64,000 bases of DNA from Eledone cirrhosa (taxonomy: Eukaryota). Shown here in pieces: positions 1 through 12,070 of the stretch. A program made the translations under genes and the position numbers. The notes beneath the pieces were generated by a model that saw nothing but the letters and a program-made list of their open reading frames with translations, had not been told where the DNA came from and did not search any database. How positions within the stretch are numbered: position 1 is the stretch's first letter; every line of letters starts with the position of its first letter. The stretch covers positions 1 to 64,000 of the forward strand of contig CAXHJY010000715.1 in the NCBI GenBank assembly GCA_964016885.1. The letters run 5' to 3'.

Positions 1-331
1 TGTGACATTTTAGTCCAGCCAGCGACTTGAAAACTCTGGTACAAACACTACACCTGTGACAATTATTGACACATAGTGCTGGGCCCATGGTACCATGTGA
101 CGACAAGTGCAGAGAGATCTCCAGATATAAAGCAATGCCTGTGCCGTGAAGCTTTTATAGTGAGCAAAGGCACTGCACAAAGCCAGTCCCACTCTCTTAA
201 CCAAGATGATATTTACCAAAACGAAGAACAAGTCAACATCATTGGATACCATCAGAGTTGCAGGTGTTATATCAGAGTTTTCCTTCTCCTAGAATTCTGC
301 CTTGAGAAAGGCTAAGGGGTCATCTCTCCCC

Positions 332-362
<31 letters not shown>

Positions 363-797
363 GGTGGCTGCCAACTCGTTTTCGAGTACGGCCACTACTT
401 TATATCCATGTAGGAGAACCCCTACCGATGCACTGAACGAGTGTGACATTTTAGTCCAGCCAGCGACTTGAAAACTCTGGTACAAACACTACACCTGTGA
501 CAATTATTGACACATAGTGCTGGGCCCATGGTACCATGTGACGACAAGTGCAGAGAGATCTCCAGATATAAAGCAATGCCTGTGCCGTGAAGCTTTTATA
601 GTGAGCAAAGGCACTGCACAAAGCCAGTCCCACTCTCTTAACCAAGATGATATTTACCAAAACGAAGAACAAGTCAACATCATTGGATACCATCAGAGTT
701 GCAGGTGTTATATCAGAGTTTTCCTTCTCCTAGAATTCTGCCTTGAGAAAGGCTAAGGGGTCATCTCTCCCCTTTACATACATACATACATACATAC
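1..797 (-). repeat. Tandem partial copies (period 441/437 bp) of the adjacent non-autonomous RTE-derived element; array runs off the left edge
   Basis: tgtgacattttagtccagcc recurs at 1, 442 and 879. The period differs by one CATA unit of the tail. Confidence 0.9.
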
Positions 798-1406
798 ATG
801 GTGGCTGCCAACTCGTTTTCGAGTACGGCCACTACTTTATATCCATGTAGGAGAACCCCTACCGATGCGCTGAACGAGTGTGACATTTTAGTCCAGCCAG
901 CGACTTGAAAACTCTGGTACAAACACTACACTTGTGACAATTATCGACACATAGTGCTTTGCCTTTGGTACCATGTGACGACAAGTGCAGAGAGATCTCC
1001 AGATATAAAGCAATGCCTGTGCCGTGAAGCTTTTATAGTGAGCAAAGGCACTGCACAAAGCCAGTCCCACTCTCTTAACCAAGATGATATTTACCAAAAA
1101 GAAGAACAAGTCAACATCATTGGATACCATCAGGGTTGCAGGTGTTATATCAGAGTTTTCCTTCTCCTAGAATTCTGCCTTGACAAAGGCTAAGGGGTCA
1201 TCTCTCCCAGTGATTTTGGATGGCCATTGACTCTTAAGAGCTCATTTGCCCTTTGACCGGTTTTGTTTTTAGTCCTGCAGGATGTCCAAAGTCACCCTCC
1301 TCACCAAGAAACCTTGGTGGGGTTGCCAGTTTAGTCGCCAACGACCCGACCATGAGACAGGTTGTACTGGGATACATGTTACCAGTAGCACCAAGTGGTG
1401 ACCTGA
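798..1406 (-). mobile_element. Non-autonomous bipartite RTE-derived retroelement (~610 bp; RTE-like 5' UTR plus RTE 3' end, no ORF)
   Basis: Minus strand carries the RTE 5'-UTR-like motif CTAGGAGAAGGAAAACTCTGA. It ends TGGCCGTACTCGAAAACGAGTTGGCAGCCACCATG(TATG)n, closely matching the 3' end of the RTE at ~24808-24850. (CATA)n on both sides. Confidence 0.7.
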
Positions 1407-1407
1407 C

Positions 1408-1455
<48 letters not shown>

Positions 1456-1625
1456 GAATATACAAGAGAGGTAAACGCAAATATAAACATACATGTATTC
1501 GAATTGTAAGGGACCAAGTTCGGGCATGAAAAAAATACTAACTATAACAATATGGTTTGCCAGACTCAATTTAAAGTAATAAATCAAGAAAAAGAAAAAC
1601 AAACCTATATTGGGCAAATGCCTGA

Positions 1626-1703
1626 ACACCCAGACTGCTTAGGTAGCTGTTTCGCAATTATTTAGCGAAGGAAATTACCATTTCATTGCTCTTCAATGGG
1701 TGT
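1626..1703 (-). ncRNA. Degenerate type I hammerhead ribozyme motif in a Penelope pLTR-like remnant (~1453-1950) between (TA)n tracts
   Basis: Minus strand: acaccca-TTGAAGA-gcaat...attgc-GAAA-cagctacctaagcag-TC-tgggtgt. Stems I and II pair; core has C3U; one mismatch in stem III. Confidence 0.6.
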
Positions 1704-1944
1704 AAAAATTAGTAATCCCTCCATTTCTAAGTATATCAGCAAACTGAATAGTCTGCGAATATAAAATAACGCACATGGCATCAGAACCTAGCGTGTCTCA
1801 TAAACATACGCTGCTAAAAATAGCACCCGAGTTTACACGACATTCAAATTAGCTCGACAAGTATATTACACGGCTCAGAAAAACTTCCTTCTTTGAGCTA
1901 TTTAATTGTAAGAGACTATTTTTAGTTTCTAACTCGATATAGAC

Positions 1945-2015
<71 letters not shown>

Positions 2016-2123
2016 GTGAGGTTTTTTTTACAAAATGAAAAATAACCGAGGTGTCCTACACGAGTGAAAGTATAAAGAAAAAGAGATGAAATCGAAAATG
2101 CAACTGGAGTGTTATATTTTTTT

Positions 2124-2186
<63 letters not shown>

Positions 2187-2198
2187 ATATATATACAG

Positions 2199-2265
<67 letters not shown>

Positions 2266-2375
2266 GTAATAATAATAAATTTGAAGATTAAAATCCAAAG
2301 AGGGCTCGATAAGGATAGATATATATCAAATATATAAGAACCGTAGAGCAAATATTTATTAAAATAACACATTAA

Positions 2376-2426
2376 AGTTTAAGCAAAGAATCGCTGCTTT
2401 CACCCTTAACGGGATCTTCTGAAACT
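2376..2426 (-). ncRNA. Hammerhead-like motif with variant core CAGAAGA
   Basis: Minus strand: agttt-CAGAAGA-tccc gttaa gggt-GAAA-gca gcgattctt tgc-TT-aaact, followed by AATAAA. Identical copy at 49535-49585. Confidence 0.55.
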
Positions 2427-2633
2427 ATATATATATATGTATATATATATATATCATAAATCATGTCTATAGAATCAATCAGATATTAATATCTGATTGA
2501 TTCTATAGACATGATTTATGATATAATGCTCTGATTTTTTTATTTTAATTTATTAATTCTTCATTGAGCTTAAAAGTGAACAGTCGCAACACACATATAT
2601 ATATCTTTAATTTAATTTTATGTATGTGATAAC

Positions 2634-2673
<40 letters not shown>

Positions 2674-3421
2674 TATAAAGTGTATATATATATATATATA
2701 TAAAATTTCAGGTTATCAATAATGTAGTGATAATATATCGTTACGTTAGAGATGAACAGCGTACGTGCAGGTTTGCTCAACGAGTATAAATTATATTCCG
2801 GAGAAATGTAGAAAGGATGAATATAAAATGAAAGTGCTTTTGTTAAAAAAGGAATTTATTAGGTATTGACATATGTTTCTGTAACAGACCGAATACCTAT
2901 GTATCGCTGCTTGCGTAATCATATAATGTTAGCAAGTATTCGATAGCAAATGTATAATCAGTTGTCACTTCTTCAGAGATTTTGGATAAACTGGATAAAA
3001 TCAGAAAAATTGAAGTATTTATATTAGTAAAAGAGGAAGGAACAGAGGGGATAGAATATGACAGATGGTAAAATAATTTACTGCTAAACAAGTATATAAT
3101 GGGTTTTTAATGAGAATACCATGAGTAAATCTAAATAAGAATTTTGGGAGTGCCAATTTTAATCTCTACTTGACCAACTGGACAGTGGACAGGGCTGGTC
3201 ATTTGGTGCAGTAGTATTAATTATAAAGTGTCAATTGGGGAAGGGGGAGATTTCGATTGCTACGAAATAACATCAATGCTAGTAGCCAGCTGGTATATGC
3301 ACTAGGGAATTGAATCAAGAAATCAGAAATCTCATTTTATCTATAGCAGTTTGTATTAAAAGGTAAATAATAGAAGAGTTTATATATATATATATATATA
3401 TAAAGAGAGAGAGAGAGACCT

Positions 3422-3459
<38 letters not shown>

Positions 3460-3605
3460 CGTGTATACATTTTTGGGGGACACCCTATATATATAGAGAG
3501 AGAAAGAGAGAGAGAGGGGGGATGATATGCTTGCCAAACGCCCCGAAGTAAACACACCTTCCACGGTAGCATATTAACAAAAGTAAACTTTATTATAAAA
3601 GTAAA

Positions 3606-3680
3606 CTGCGTTTCTGATGAAAACTTATAGAATAATCGTTGTATAACGTACCTTCAGTACCTTCGAAATGTGCATAACAG
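3606..3680 (+). ncRNA. Degenerate Penelope-type hammerhead motif
   Basis: CTGATGA at 3614-3620, GAAA at 3665-3668, near-palindromic tgtgca then TA. Stems I and II pair weakly. Confidence 0.4.
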
Positions 3681-3726
3681 AATGACTGAACGGTGTTGAA
3701 TATGTGATACCATCTCTCTTCCTTTT

Positions 3727-3760
<34 letters not shown>

Positions 3761-3768
<8 letters not shown>

Positions 3769-5289
3769 AAGTGAGTCCTTCATCAGTGACCCTCCAACCG
3801 TCCTCGGCATTTCATCGCTTTAAGGGCCATATGCCTCAGGTTGGTGCGAACAACGGCTAAAAAAAGTCGTTGGGACACGTAAATAAAGGGGGACGCTAGA
3901 GTAACAACAAAAAGGTTTAAGCAACGGAAAGTGAGTAGAAATAGACAAGTCCCAGATCTCTATGAATATAAACTCTGTGAAATCGTGAACAAGAGACGAA
4001 AGACCATCAAACCTAGTTGAAATGTGAGCAAGGAAAGAATTTCGCCCAAGTTTGACGGGGGGGGGGGGGAAGAGAGAGAGAGAAAGAAAAAGGAGAGAAG
4101 AGGAAGAAGAAGAAGAAGAAGAAGAAGAAGATAAGGGGGTCTGGTCTACGAATTCGGTAAACGCAAGTTTTGTGAAGTCGCAGACGAAAGAGAGAGAGAA
4201 AAAAATTCCATACCAGCTCGGTCAAGACTGCGCGAGAAAAGAATTACACACAGGTGAAACTTGAAGGAGGAGGAGGAAAGAGGAGGAGGAGAGGTAGTGA
4301 CAGAGAATGAGTGAGTGAAAGTTGAGGAGAGGGTAACAGAGAGGGAGACTGCTAGAAGTGGTAAAGATACAAGGAACGAAACAGACGAAGGCAGCATGGA
4401 AAGATTATATGTGTAAATATGATGATAATAATGGAGCTGCGGCGTTGCAAATGGGATACATATGAAAAAGTGAGTCCTTCATCAGTGACCCTCCAACCGT
4501 CCTCGGCATTTCATCGCTTTAAGGGCCATATGCCTCAGGTTGGTGCGAACAACGGCTAAAAAAAGTCGTTGGGACACGTAAATAAAGGGGGACGCTAGAG
4601 TAACAACAAAAAGGTTTAAGCAACGGAAAGTGAGTAGAAATAGACAAGTCCCAGATCTCTATGAATATAAACTCTGTGAAATCGTGAACAAGAGACGAAA
4701 GACCATCAAACCTGGTTGAAATGTGAGCATGGAAAGAATTTCGCCCAAGTTTGACGGGGGGGGGGGAGAGAGAGAGAGAAAGAAAAAGGAGAGAAGAGGA
4801 AGAAGAAGAAGAAGAAGAAGAAGAAGAAGAAGAAGAAGAAGATAAGGGGGTCTGGTCTACGAATTCGGTAAACGCAAGTTTTGTGAAGTCGCAGACGAAA
4901 GAGAGAGAGAAAAAAATTCCATACCAGCTCGGTCAAGACTGCGCGAGAAAAGAATTACACACAGGTCAAACTTGAAGGAGGAGGAGGAAAGAGGAGGAGG
5001 AGAGGTAGTGACAGAGAATGAGTGAGTGAAAGTTGAGGAGAGGGTAACAGAGAGGGAGACTGCTAGAAGTGGTAAAGATACAAGGAACGAAACAGACGAA
5101 GGCAGCATGGAAAGATTATATGTGTAAATATGATGATAATAATGGAGCTGCGGCGTTGCAAATGGGATACATATGAAAAAGTGAGTCCTTCATCAGTGAC
5201 CCTCCAACCGTCCTCGGCATTTCATCGCTTTAAGGGCCATATGCCTCAGGTTGGTGCGAACAACGGCTAAAAAAAGTCGTTGGGACACG

Positions 5290-5294
<5 letters not shown>
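3761..5294. repeat. ~700-bp tandem (A-B-A-B-A, about 2.2 units) inserted in (TA)n; probable Penelope pLTR-type or non-autonomous retroelement array
   Basis: atatgaaaaagtgagtcc starts at 3761, 4460 and 5171 (periods 699 and 711; difference mainly from an internal (GAA)n). (TA)n on both flanks. Confidence 0.85.
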
Positions 5295-5324
<30 letters not shown>

Positions 5325-5331
<7 letters not shown>

Positions 5332-5588
5332 ATAAAAAAAGAGAATCAGGAAAATCTGCTTCGTAGAATCAAGACGTATCTGAGGACCTTGCGATTTTCA
5401 GGGTCAGGTTCGATCATCACATCCATCGTGCCTCGAGCTGGTCGCCAGAGAAACGATTATAATATGTCCAATAAATTCCATTCGTCGCAACACTGATTCT
5501 CTTTTTTTATGTGATATCATACTCTGCTCTATGAGAGCATCGAATGCTCATACGGCCTACCGCATACAGGCGTTTTAAGCATCCAACA

Positions 5589-5595
<7 letters not shown>
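5325..5595 (+). mobile_element. pLTR-like remnant with hammerhead-like motif and 25-bp inverted duplication
   Basis: gacgtat-CTGAGGA(5380)...GAAA(5450)cgatta-TA-atatgtc, then AATAAA. 5325-5349 is the reverse complement of 5493-5517. Flanked by (TA)n. Confidence 0.5.
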
Positions 5596-5659
<64 letters not shown>

Positions 5660-5800
5660 GAAGTCGTTTCCCTCGGTGTTTAACGAAAATGTACACTCTT
5701 GCCAGCTGGGTTCGAATTTTAATAATACGAACTTAGTTTTCCATAGAATGAGTAAGGAAACGACCGAAGCTATGTCCGTTCTATTCGACTTGCTTTGTCA

Positions 5801-5894
<94 letters not shown>

Positions 5895-6539
5895 GGGGGG
5901 GGGGTATGTCTGCGTCTGTGTGTGTGTGTGTGTGTGTGCATACTATAATATAGATTGTATCACACACCTTCTCTCTTTCCTCCACTCCTTGATTTCAACG
6001 TCCGTTTAATGTGAATCAAAGTTACCATACACCATCAATTACTATTTCTAATCAATTATTATCATTATTTAACTGCTTAGCGTAAATAAACATTCCTTTT
6101 CCGCCATTTTGGTAGTTGTTTCACTTACTGTTGTTGTAGTTATTTTATGAGGGTCAGATGGTGCACAGACATAATTAATCGATCGAAGATTCATGTCTTT
6201 GATCTGGCCTCTTGTTATAAAGTTGTTCTGATGTTTAATAGCATTTTTATTGGGGTGAGTTCATGACTTTAGCAGAAAATGATTTAGCAGAAAATGGCGT
6301 TTCTAATTCAGATGTTTATAGTAGTTTTTACTAGAGAGTAGAATATTGTGAAAATTTTCAGTGTTTTAATAAAGATTTCACTTTGCAACGTATATCAGTC
6401 ATTTTTATTTCATAATGTTATATATACAGGGTTGTGAATTAAATCTTATCATCCTGTAAATATTTAGTGAAAAATATATAAAAACGGCATTATTAATTCA
6501 AATGTTTATAGTGGACATATTTTCAATCAGAGTGATGTA

Positions 6540-7385
6540 AACTGAGGCGATGGGTAATGAAATGCTTGGCTCAAAGACATAACACGCTGTCGGGAACCGA
6601 ACATAAGCCTATACAATGGTGAAACGAGTGCACTAACTATGAAGCCAAACGGCAGCTCATCAATGTATGATTATGGTAATAGATTCTGAAGGACTGTTTC
6701 GATCATCAAGTAATTTGCTCAACGGAAAGACAGATCTCGCCCTGGAAAACCGAACATAAGACTGTATAATGGTGAAGCCAGTGCACTAACCACTCAGCCA
6801 AACGGCGGTAGCTCAATGTTTGATGGGTATGTAGGTTTTAATGGAAATGTTTAACATTTAAGTGATTTGCTCAACGGGAAATGTAATGTCTTGCTCAAAG
6901 ACATATCGCGCCGTCGAGAACCGAATATAAGCCCGTAGAAAGGTGAAGCGCGTACCCTAACCACTTAGCCTAACGGCGGCTAATCAATGTATGATTACGG
7001 TATGCAGGTTTTGAAGAAGTGTATCGATCATCAAGTAATTTTCTCACCGGGAAATGAAGTATATTTTGTTTAAAAACTTTCGCCGTGGAAAACCGAATAT
7101 AAGCCTGTACAGTGGTGAAGCGAGTATAGTAACCACAAAACCAGACGGTGGTCCATCAATGTATCATTGGTATGTAGGTTTTTAAGGAGGCGTTTAATAT
7201 TCAAGTGATTTGCTCACCGGGAAAGGAAATGCTTTATCCAAAGTAACAACACATCATGTAGAATCGAACATAAGCCTGTACAACGGTGAAGCGATTACAA
7301 TAACCTCTAAGCCAGGCGGCGGTAGCTCATCAATGTAAGATTATGTAGGTAGGCTTTGAAGGAGTGTTTCACTATTCAAGAGATT
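6540..7385 (-). repeat. Diverged tandem array (~5 units, 160-180 bp) built from a tRNA-derived SINE head
   Basis: Each unit contains variants of gaaccgaacataagcctgtacaatggtgaagcgagtgcactaaccactcagccaaacggc, the reverse complement of an A-box/B-box SINE head. Some units also carry the ttgctcaaagac SINE-body motif. Confidence 0.65.
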
Positions 7386-7535
7386 GGTAAGACAAGAACG
7401 TTGATGTGGGTAAGTTAGGGCGTTAAATCTGCTCAGATAGAAACAGGAAATACGCCGTATTGTATATTTAGTTACCTGAAATAAAATGAAAACCTTGATT
7501 AGATCGGTCAGGCGGGGTGAAAACCACTTCCAAAT

Positions 7536-7617
<82 letters not shown>

Positions 7618-7628
7618 TACATACACAC

Positions 7629-7664
<36 letters not shown>

Positions 7665-7752
7665 TTTGCATACAGGCATACATACATACACTCACATACG
7701 CAAGAAATGCCAACAGCTATATATATATATATATGTATATATATGTATGTAT

Positions 7753-7789
<37 letters not shown>

Positions 7790-7823
7790 TATGTGTATAT
7801 ATATATATGTATATAAATGTATG

Positions 7824-7855
<32 letters not shown>

Positions 7856-7986
7856 GATATGTATGTATATATGTATGTATATATGTATGTATGTATATAT
7901 AAGTATGTATATATATAGGTATGTATATATGTATGTATGCATATATGTATGTATATATATGTATGTATAGATATGTATGTATATAT

Positions 7987-8027
<41 letters not shown>

Positions 8028-8147
8028 TATATGTATGTATATATATGTACGTATATATATATGTATGTATATATATGTATATATATATATGTATGTATAT
8101 GTATATTATGTATATATATGTATATTATGTATATATATATATATATG

Positions 8148-8230
<83 letters not shown>

Positions 8231-8245
8231 GTATATATATATATG

Positions 8246-8283
<38 letters not shown>

Positions 8284-8348
8284 TATATATGTATATATAT
8301 ATGTATATACATATATATATATGTATATATATATGTATGTATATATAT

Positions 8349-8585
8349 CACCTTGATCACCTTGACCGACCAGTCTGTCGGGCGCCAAGCGGCGCCGCTG
8401 GTCACAGCACGTCGTGCTGTTTTAGCCATAAGATGACGCCATCCCACTGGCTGGGCGGGAAGGCCGGTACTCATTTCTACAGCTGAGTAAACTGGAGCAA
8501 CGTGAAATAAAGTGTCTTGCTCAAGGAAACAGCACATCACCCGGTCCGAGAATTGAACTCACAACCTTTCGATTGCAACCCATTG
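8349..8585 (-). mobile_element. tRNA-derived SINE, head partly truncated
   Basis: Minus strand: B box GAGTTCAATTC, central domain CCTTGAGCAAGACACTTTATTTCACGTTGCTCCAGTTTACTCAGCTGTAGAAATGAGTACC, tail (CAAGGTGAT)2. Confidence 0.85.
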
Positions 8586-8661
8586 CAACACATATATATA
8601 TATATACGTGGGAAAGTAAAAAAATCGGAGAATAGACCGTTAAAACATGTTTATTTAAAAC

Positions 8662-8705
8662 AGCAGCTACGTACGTTTCGCCCAGTTGGGCTTCTCAAGG
8701 GCATA
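8662..8705 (-). ncRNA. Degenerate minimal Penelope-type hammerhead
   Basis: Minus strand: TTGAGAA-gccc aact gggc-GAAA-cgtacg(palindrome)-TA, AATAAA downstream. Core diverges from CUGANGA. Confidence 0.5.
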
Positions 8706-8871
8706 AATAATCACAAGTTTTCCTTATATTGCTCGGAAAGAGCCCACTAAATATTAACACTTCGAATATTTAATACTGCCGGCACTAGTATCGAGCACCA
8801 CCTTTGGCATACGCTACTTGGCGTATATGTATCACCTATCCCCCCTTTTTTCCTCTTTCTCGATACGTTAA

Positions 8872-8935
<64 letters not shown>

Positions 8936-8941
8936 ATATAC

Positions 8942-9029
<88 letters not shown>

Positions 9030-9234
9030 TTTGTTTCTGAATTTGTTTAGCAATATTCTTTATCTGAAATCGTGTGCTGAAACCGATATTGTTTTACTTT
9101 GGGAGGGTCATGTTGCCAACCTGAATTTTATAAATTTATAAATTAAAAATTTATAAATTATTATAATAAATTGAAGTGAAAGCAACTGGTGCGTGTGTTT
9201 CTTATTGGCAACATGACCCTCCCAAAGTATAACA

Positions 9235-9272
<38 letters not shown>

Positions 9273-9275
<3 letters not shown>

Positions 9276-9462
9276 ATCAAAAGATGGTTAAATGAGTTCC
9301 ATATGTTGATTTAAAACTGCACTATCCACAAGTATTTTTAACCTTCATATCATGTCTTCCTATTTTATCTGATGAAAACACAAATGTTATTGCATGATGA
9401 TATTTGTTTTTGAAATGCGCATAATAAAATACATGGAACTCATTTAACCATCTTTTGATCTT
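9273..9462 (+). mobile_element. Solo Penelope terminal fragment (same family as 61410-63615) with 30-bp inverted copy of its own 3' terminus
   Basis: 9300-9462 is near-identical to the reverse complement of 61410-61572. 9273-9302 is the reverse complement of 9433-9462. TA repeats on the flanks. Confidence 0.9.
9361..9431 (+). ncRNA. Type I hammerhead ribozyme, intact core, palindromic minimal stem III
   Basis: tattttat-CTGATGA-aaacacaaatgttattgcatgatgatatttgttttt-GAAA-tgcgca-TA-ataaaata; 8-bp stem I. Confidence 0.85.
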
Positions 9463-9554
9463 ATATATTATGTATACTCCAGTCCTACAAACTGTAGAGT
9501 GCTTCTTATCCGATATCTGCATTGCTTTATTGTACTACAATAAAACTCACCTCC

Positions 9555-9623
<69 letters not shown>

Positions 9624-9642
9624 ATATATGTATATATATATG

Positions 9643-9715
<73 letters not shown>

Positions 9716-9734
9716 ATATATGTATATATATATG

Positions 9735-9812
<78 letters not shown>

Positions 9813-9920
9813 TATGTATGTATATATATATAATGGAAAAATTTGAACAGGAACAAAACAGAGAGGCAGTACAACGAATGTTTATTAATTTCACGCTCTG
9901 GAGAGTGGGGTGTTGGTGGG

Positions 9921-9953
9921 GAACGACGTTTGGGGCATAAGCCCTTCCTCAGG
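9921..9953 (-). ncRNA. Mutated minimal Penelope-type hammerhead
   Basis: Minus strand: CTGAGGA-agggc ttat gccc-CAAA-cgtcg-TT (GAAA mutated to CAAA), AATAAA downstream. Confidence 0.55.
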
Positions 9954-10126
9954 TGAGAAGTGTGTGGGAACAGAGTTCAAAGGGTGTGTAGGGGAGTGGT
10001 GGAGAGACATATAGCGAAAGGAAACGGTGCGAATGAAATTTAAAATAAAAATAAAAATAAAAATAAAGCATGATCAAAATACAAGGAATGAAATAAATTT
10101 AAATATAAAAGCATGATCAAAATATG

Positions 10127-10216
<90 letters not shown>

Positions 10217-10228
10217 CATATATATATG

Positions 10229-10314
<86 letters not shown>

Positions 10315-10380
10315 TGGCGCATGGCTTAGTGGTTAAAGCATTGGGCCTGCAATCGAAAGGTTGTGGGTTCAATTCTCGGA
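10315..10380 (+). mobile_element. Isolated tRNA-derived SINE head
   Basis: A box TGGCTTAGTGG and B box GGTTCAATTC. The 3' part matches the residual head of the SINE at 8349-8585. Confidence 0.75.
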
Positions 10381-10521
10381 TATATATATATATATAGTCT
10401 GATTATCTGCTACGTGTAAGGCAACGAACTCAATATATAAATAGGGTGTATAAATTATCATCGCGGAATGTTAAAGTAGAATTCCACACGGTAACTGAGC
10501 AGTCTTGTCTTTATACACAAC

Positions 10522-10565
<44 letters not shown>

Positions 10566-11139
10566 GTGTGTTTGTGTTTGTGTGTGTGCGTGTGTATGTG
10601 TTGGTGTGTGGGTGTGTACATACATGCATACAGTATATATATATATATATTTATATAATGGTATCTAAACTATAATAAAGGAAGGGATTGCGTACGGTTT
10701 ATTTTTTTTTTATCCTGTTTGTAAAATAATGAATGAATATTACATAATTTATCTACTAAATTTCGTGGCAGTTCATTAAATATATTTTGTTTATTTAAAG
10801 ATTCACTTCTTTAAAATTTCTGAAATGTCAACACTTCCGGTGGCGATCGCATAAATAAACATACTAATTTTCCGTTACTAATTTTCTCCTAATGCAGTTT
10901 ATATATAATATCGTCTTTTTTAATGTATCATGGATTACGTTACTGATTAAATAAGTCAGTGTAACGCAGTCTTCGTTCAATTTCTATGTATTATATATTG
11001 TCAATTACGATATCATTTGATGTATCATATCTACATGTATATATATTTGCGTATAATATCAATACACATACTACACATGCTAGCAGAAAACCACCCGAAT
11101 GGTGGTTTTTCTGCTAGTTTATATAATGGTATATATGTA

Positions 11140-11360
11140 TTATCTTTCTCTTAACTTTGAGTTTGCTTTTGACCGGCAACCTTCCCGGCGGCAAGGTTGA
11201 AAAGAAAAGCAAATTATTGTTAACTTTGGTGTAATCATTCCTTCTTAAATGTTTCATAGATATTCAAGATTTCAGACACCGCTGCCATTTGTTGCGTATG
11301 AATTAAGAGGCAGCCTTCTTTATCCAAGAATTAGAGTTCACATATGTTTTAGACAGGTTT
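11140..11360 (-). mobile_element. Old, diverged 3' fragment related to R4/Dong-like family A
   Basis: gaccggcaaccttcccggcggcaaggttgaaaagaaaag aligns with the family A 3' UTR gaccggccaccttcctggtggcaaggttgtaaaagaaaag. (TATG)n follows at its 5' break. Confidence 0.65.
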
Positions 11361-11585
11361 ATATGTATGTATGTATGTATGTAGGTATGTATGTATGTAT
11401 GTATGTATGTATGTATGTATGTATGTATGTATGTATGTATGCATGTATCTTTCTATGTATGTATGTAGGTATGTGTGTGTGTGTTTATGTATGTGTGTAT
11501 ATATGTATATGTTATATATATATAAGTATATATATATGCTTATATATATATCTATGTATTTATAAGCATATATATGCTCTCTCTT

Positions 11586-11634
<49 letters not shown>

Positions 11635-11948
11635 TTGTATGCATGTATCTATGTACGTATGTATCTATGTTTATATATATGTATTATATATTGTATATAT
11701 ATATATATATGTTTATATGTATGTATGTATTTGTAAGTATATTTATACATATATACTCTGTCTCTCACTCGCCCCCTCTCTCTACCTCTATATATACACA
11801 CACACATATATATACATATAGATATAGATATGTATGTATATACACGTATATATACATATATACATATATACATATATATATGCGTGTGTCTATATACATG
11901 TATATATAGCTACCAATAAACTTTAAGTCACACACACACACACACATG

Positions 11949-12070
<122 letters not shown>

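Noticed and set aside
10-1193. Repeated 79-80-aa ORFs on both strands
   Set aside because: They recur only because the DNA unit is repeated, and the protein is unrecognisable.
3456-3488. Tc1/mariner-like terminal repeat (agggtgtcccccaaaaatgtatacac on the minus strand), also weakly at 10443-10525
   Set aside because: Short, with no convincing partner TIR or transposase; insufficient support.
3780-3850. Twister or hammerhead ribozyme call in the 700-bp repeat
   Set aside because: It lacks the UAA cleavage segment of twister and the correct order/pairing for a hammerhead; kept only as an unresolved structure.
10315-10380. tRNA gene
   Set aside because: No acceptor-stem 3' strand; it matches the local SINE head.
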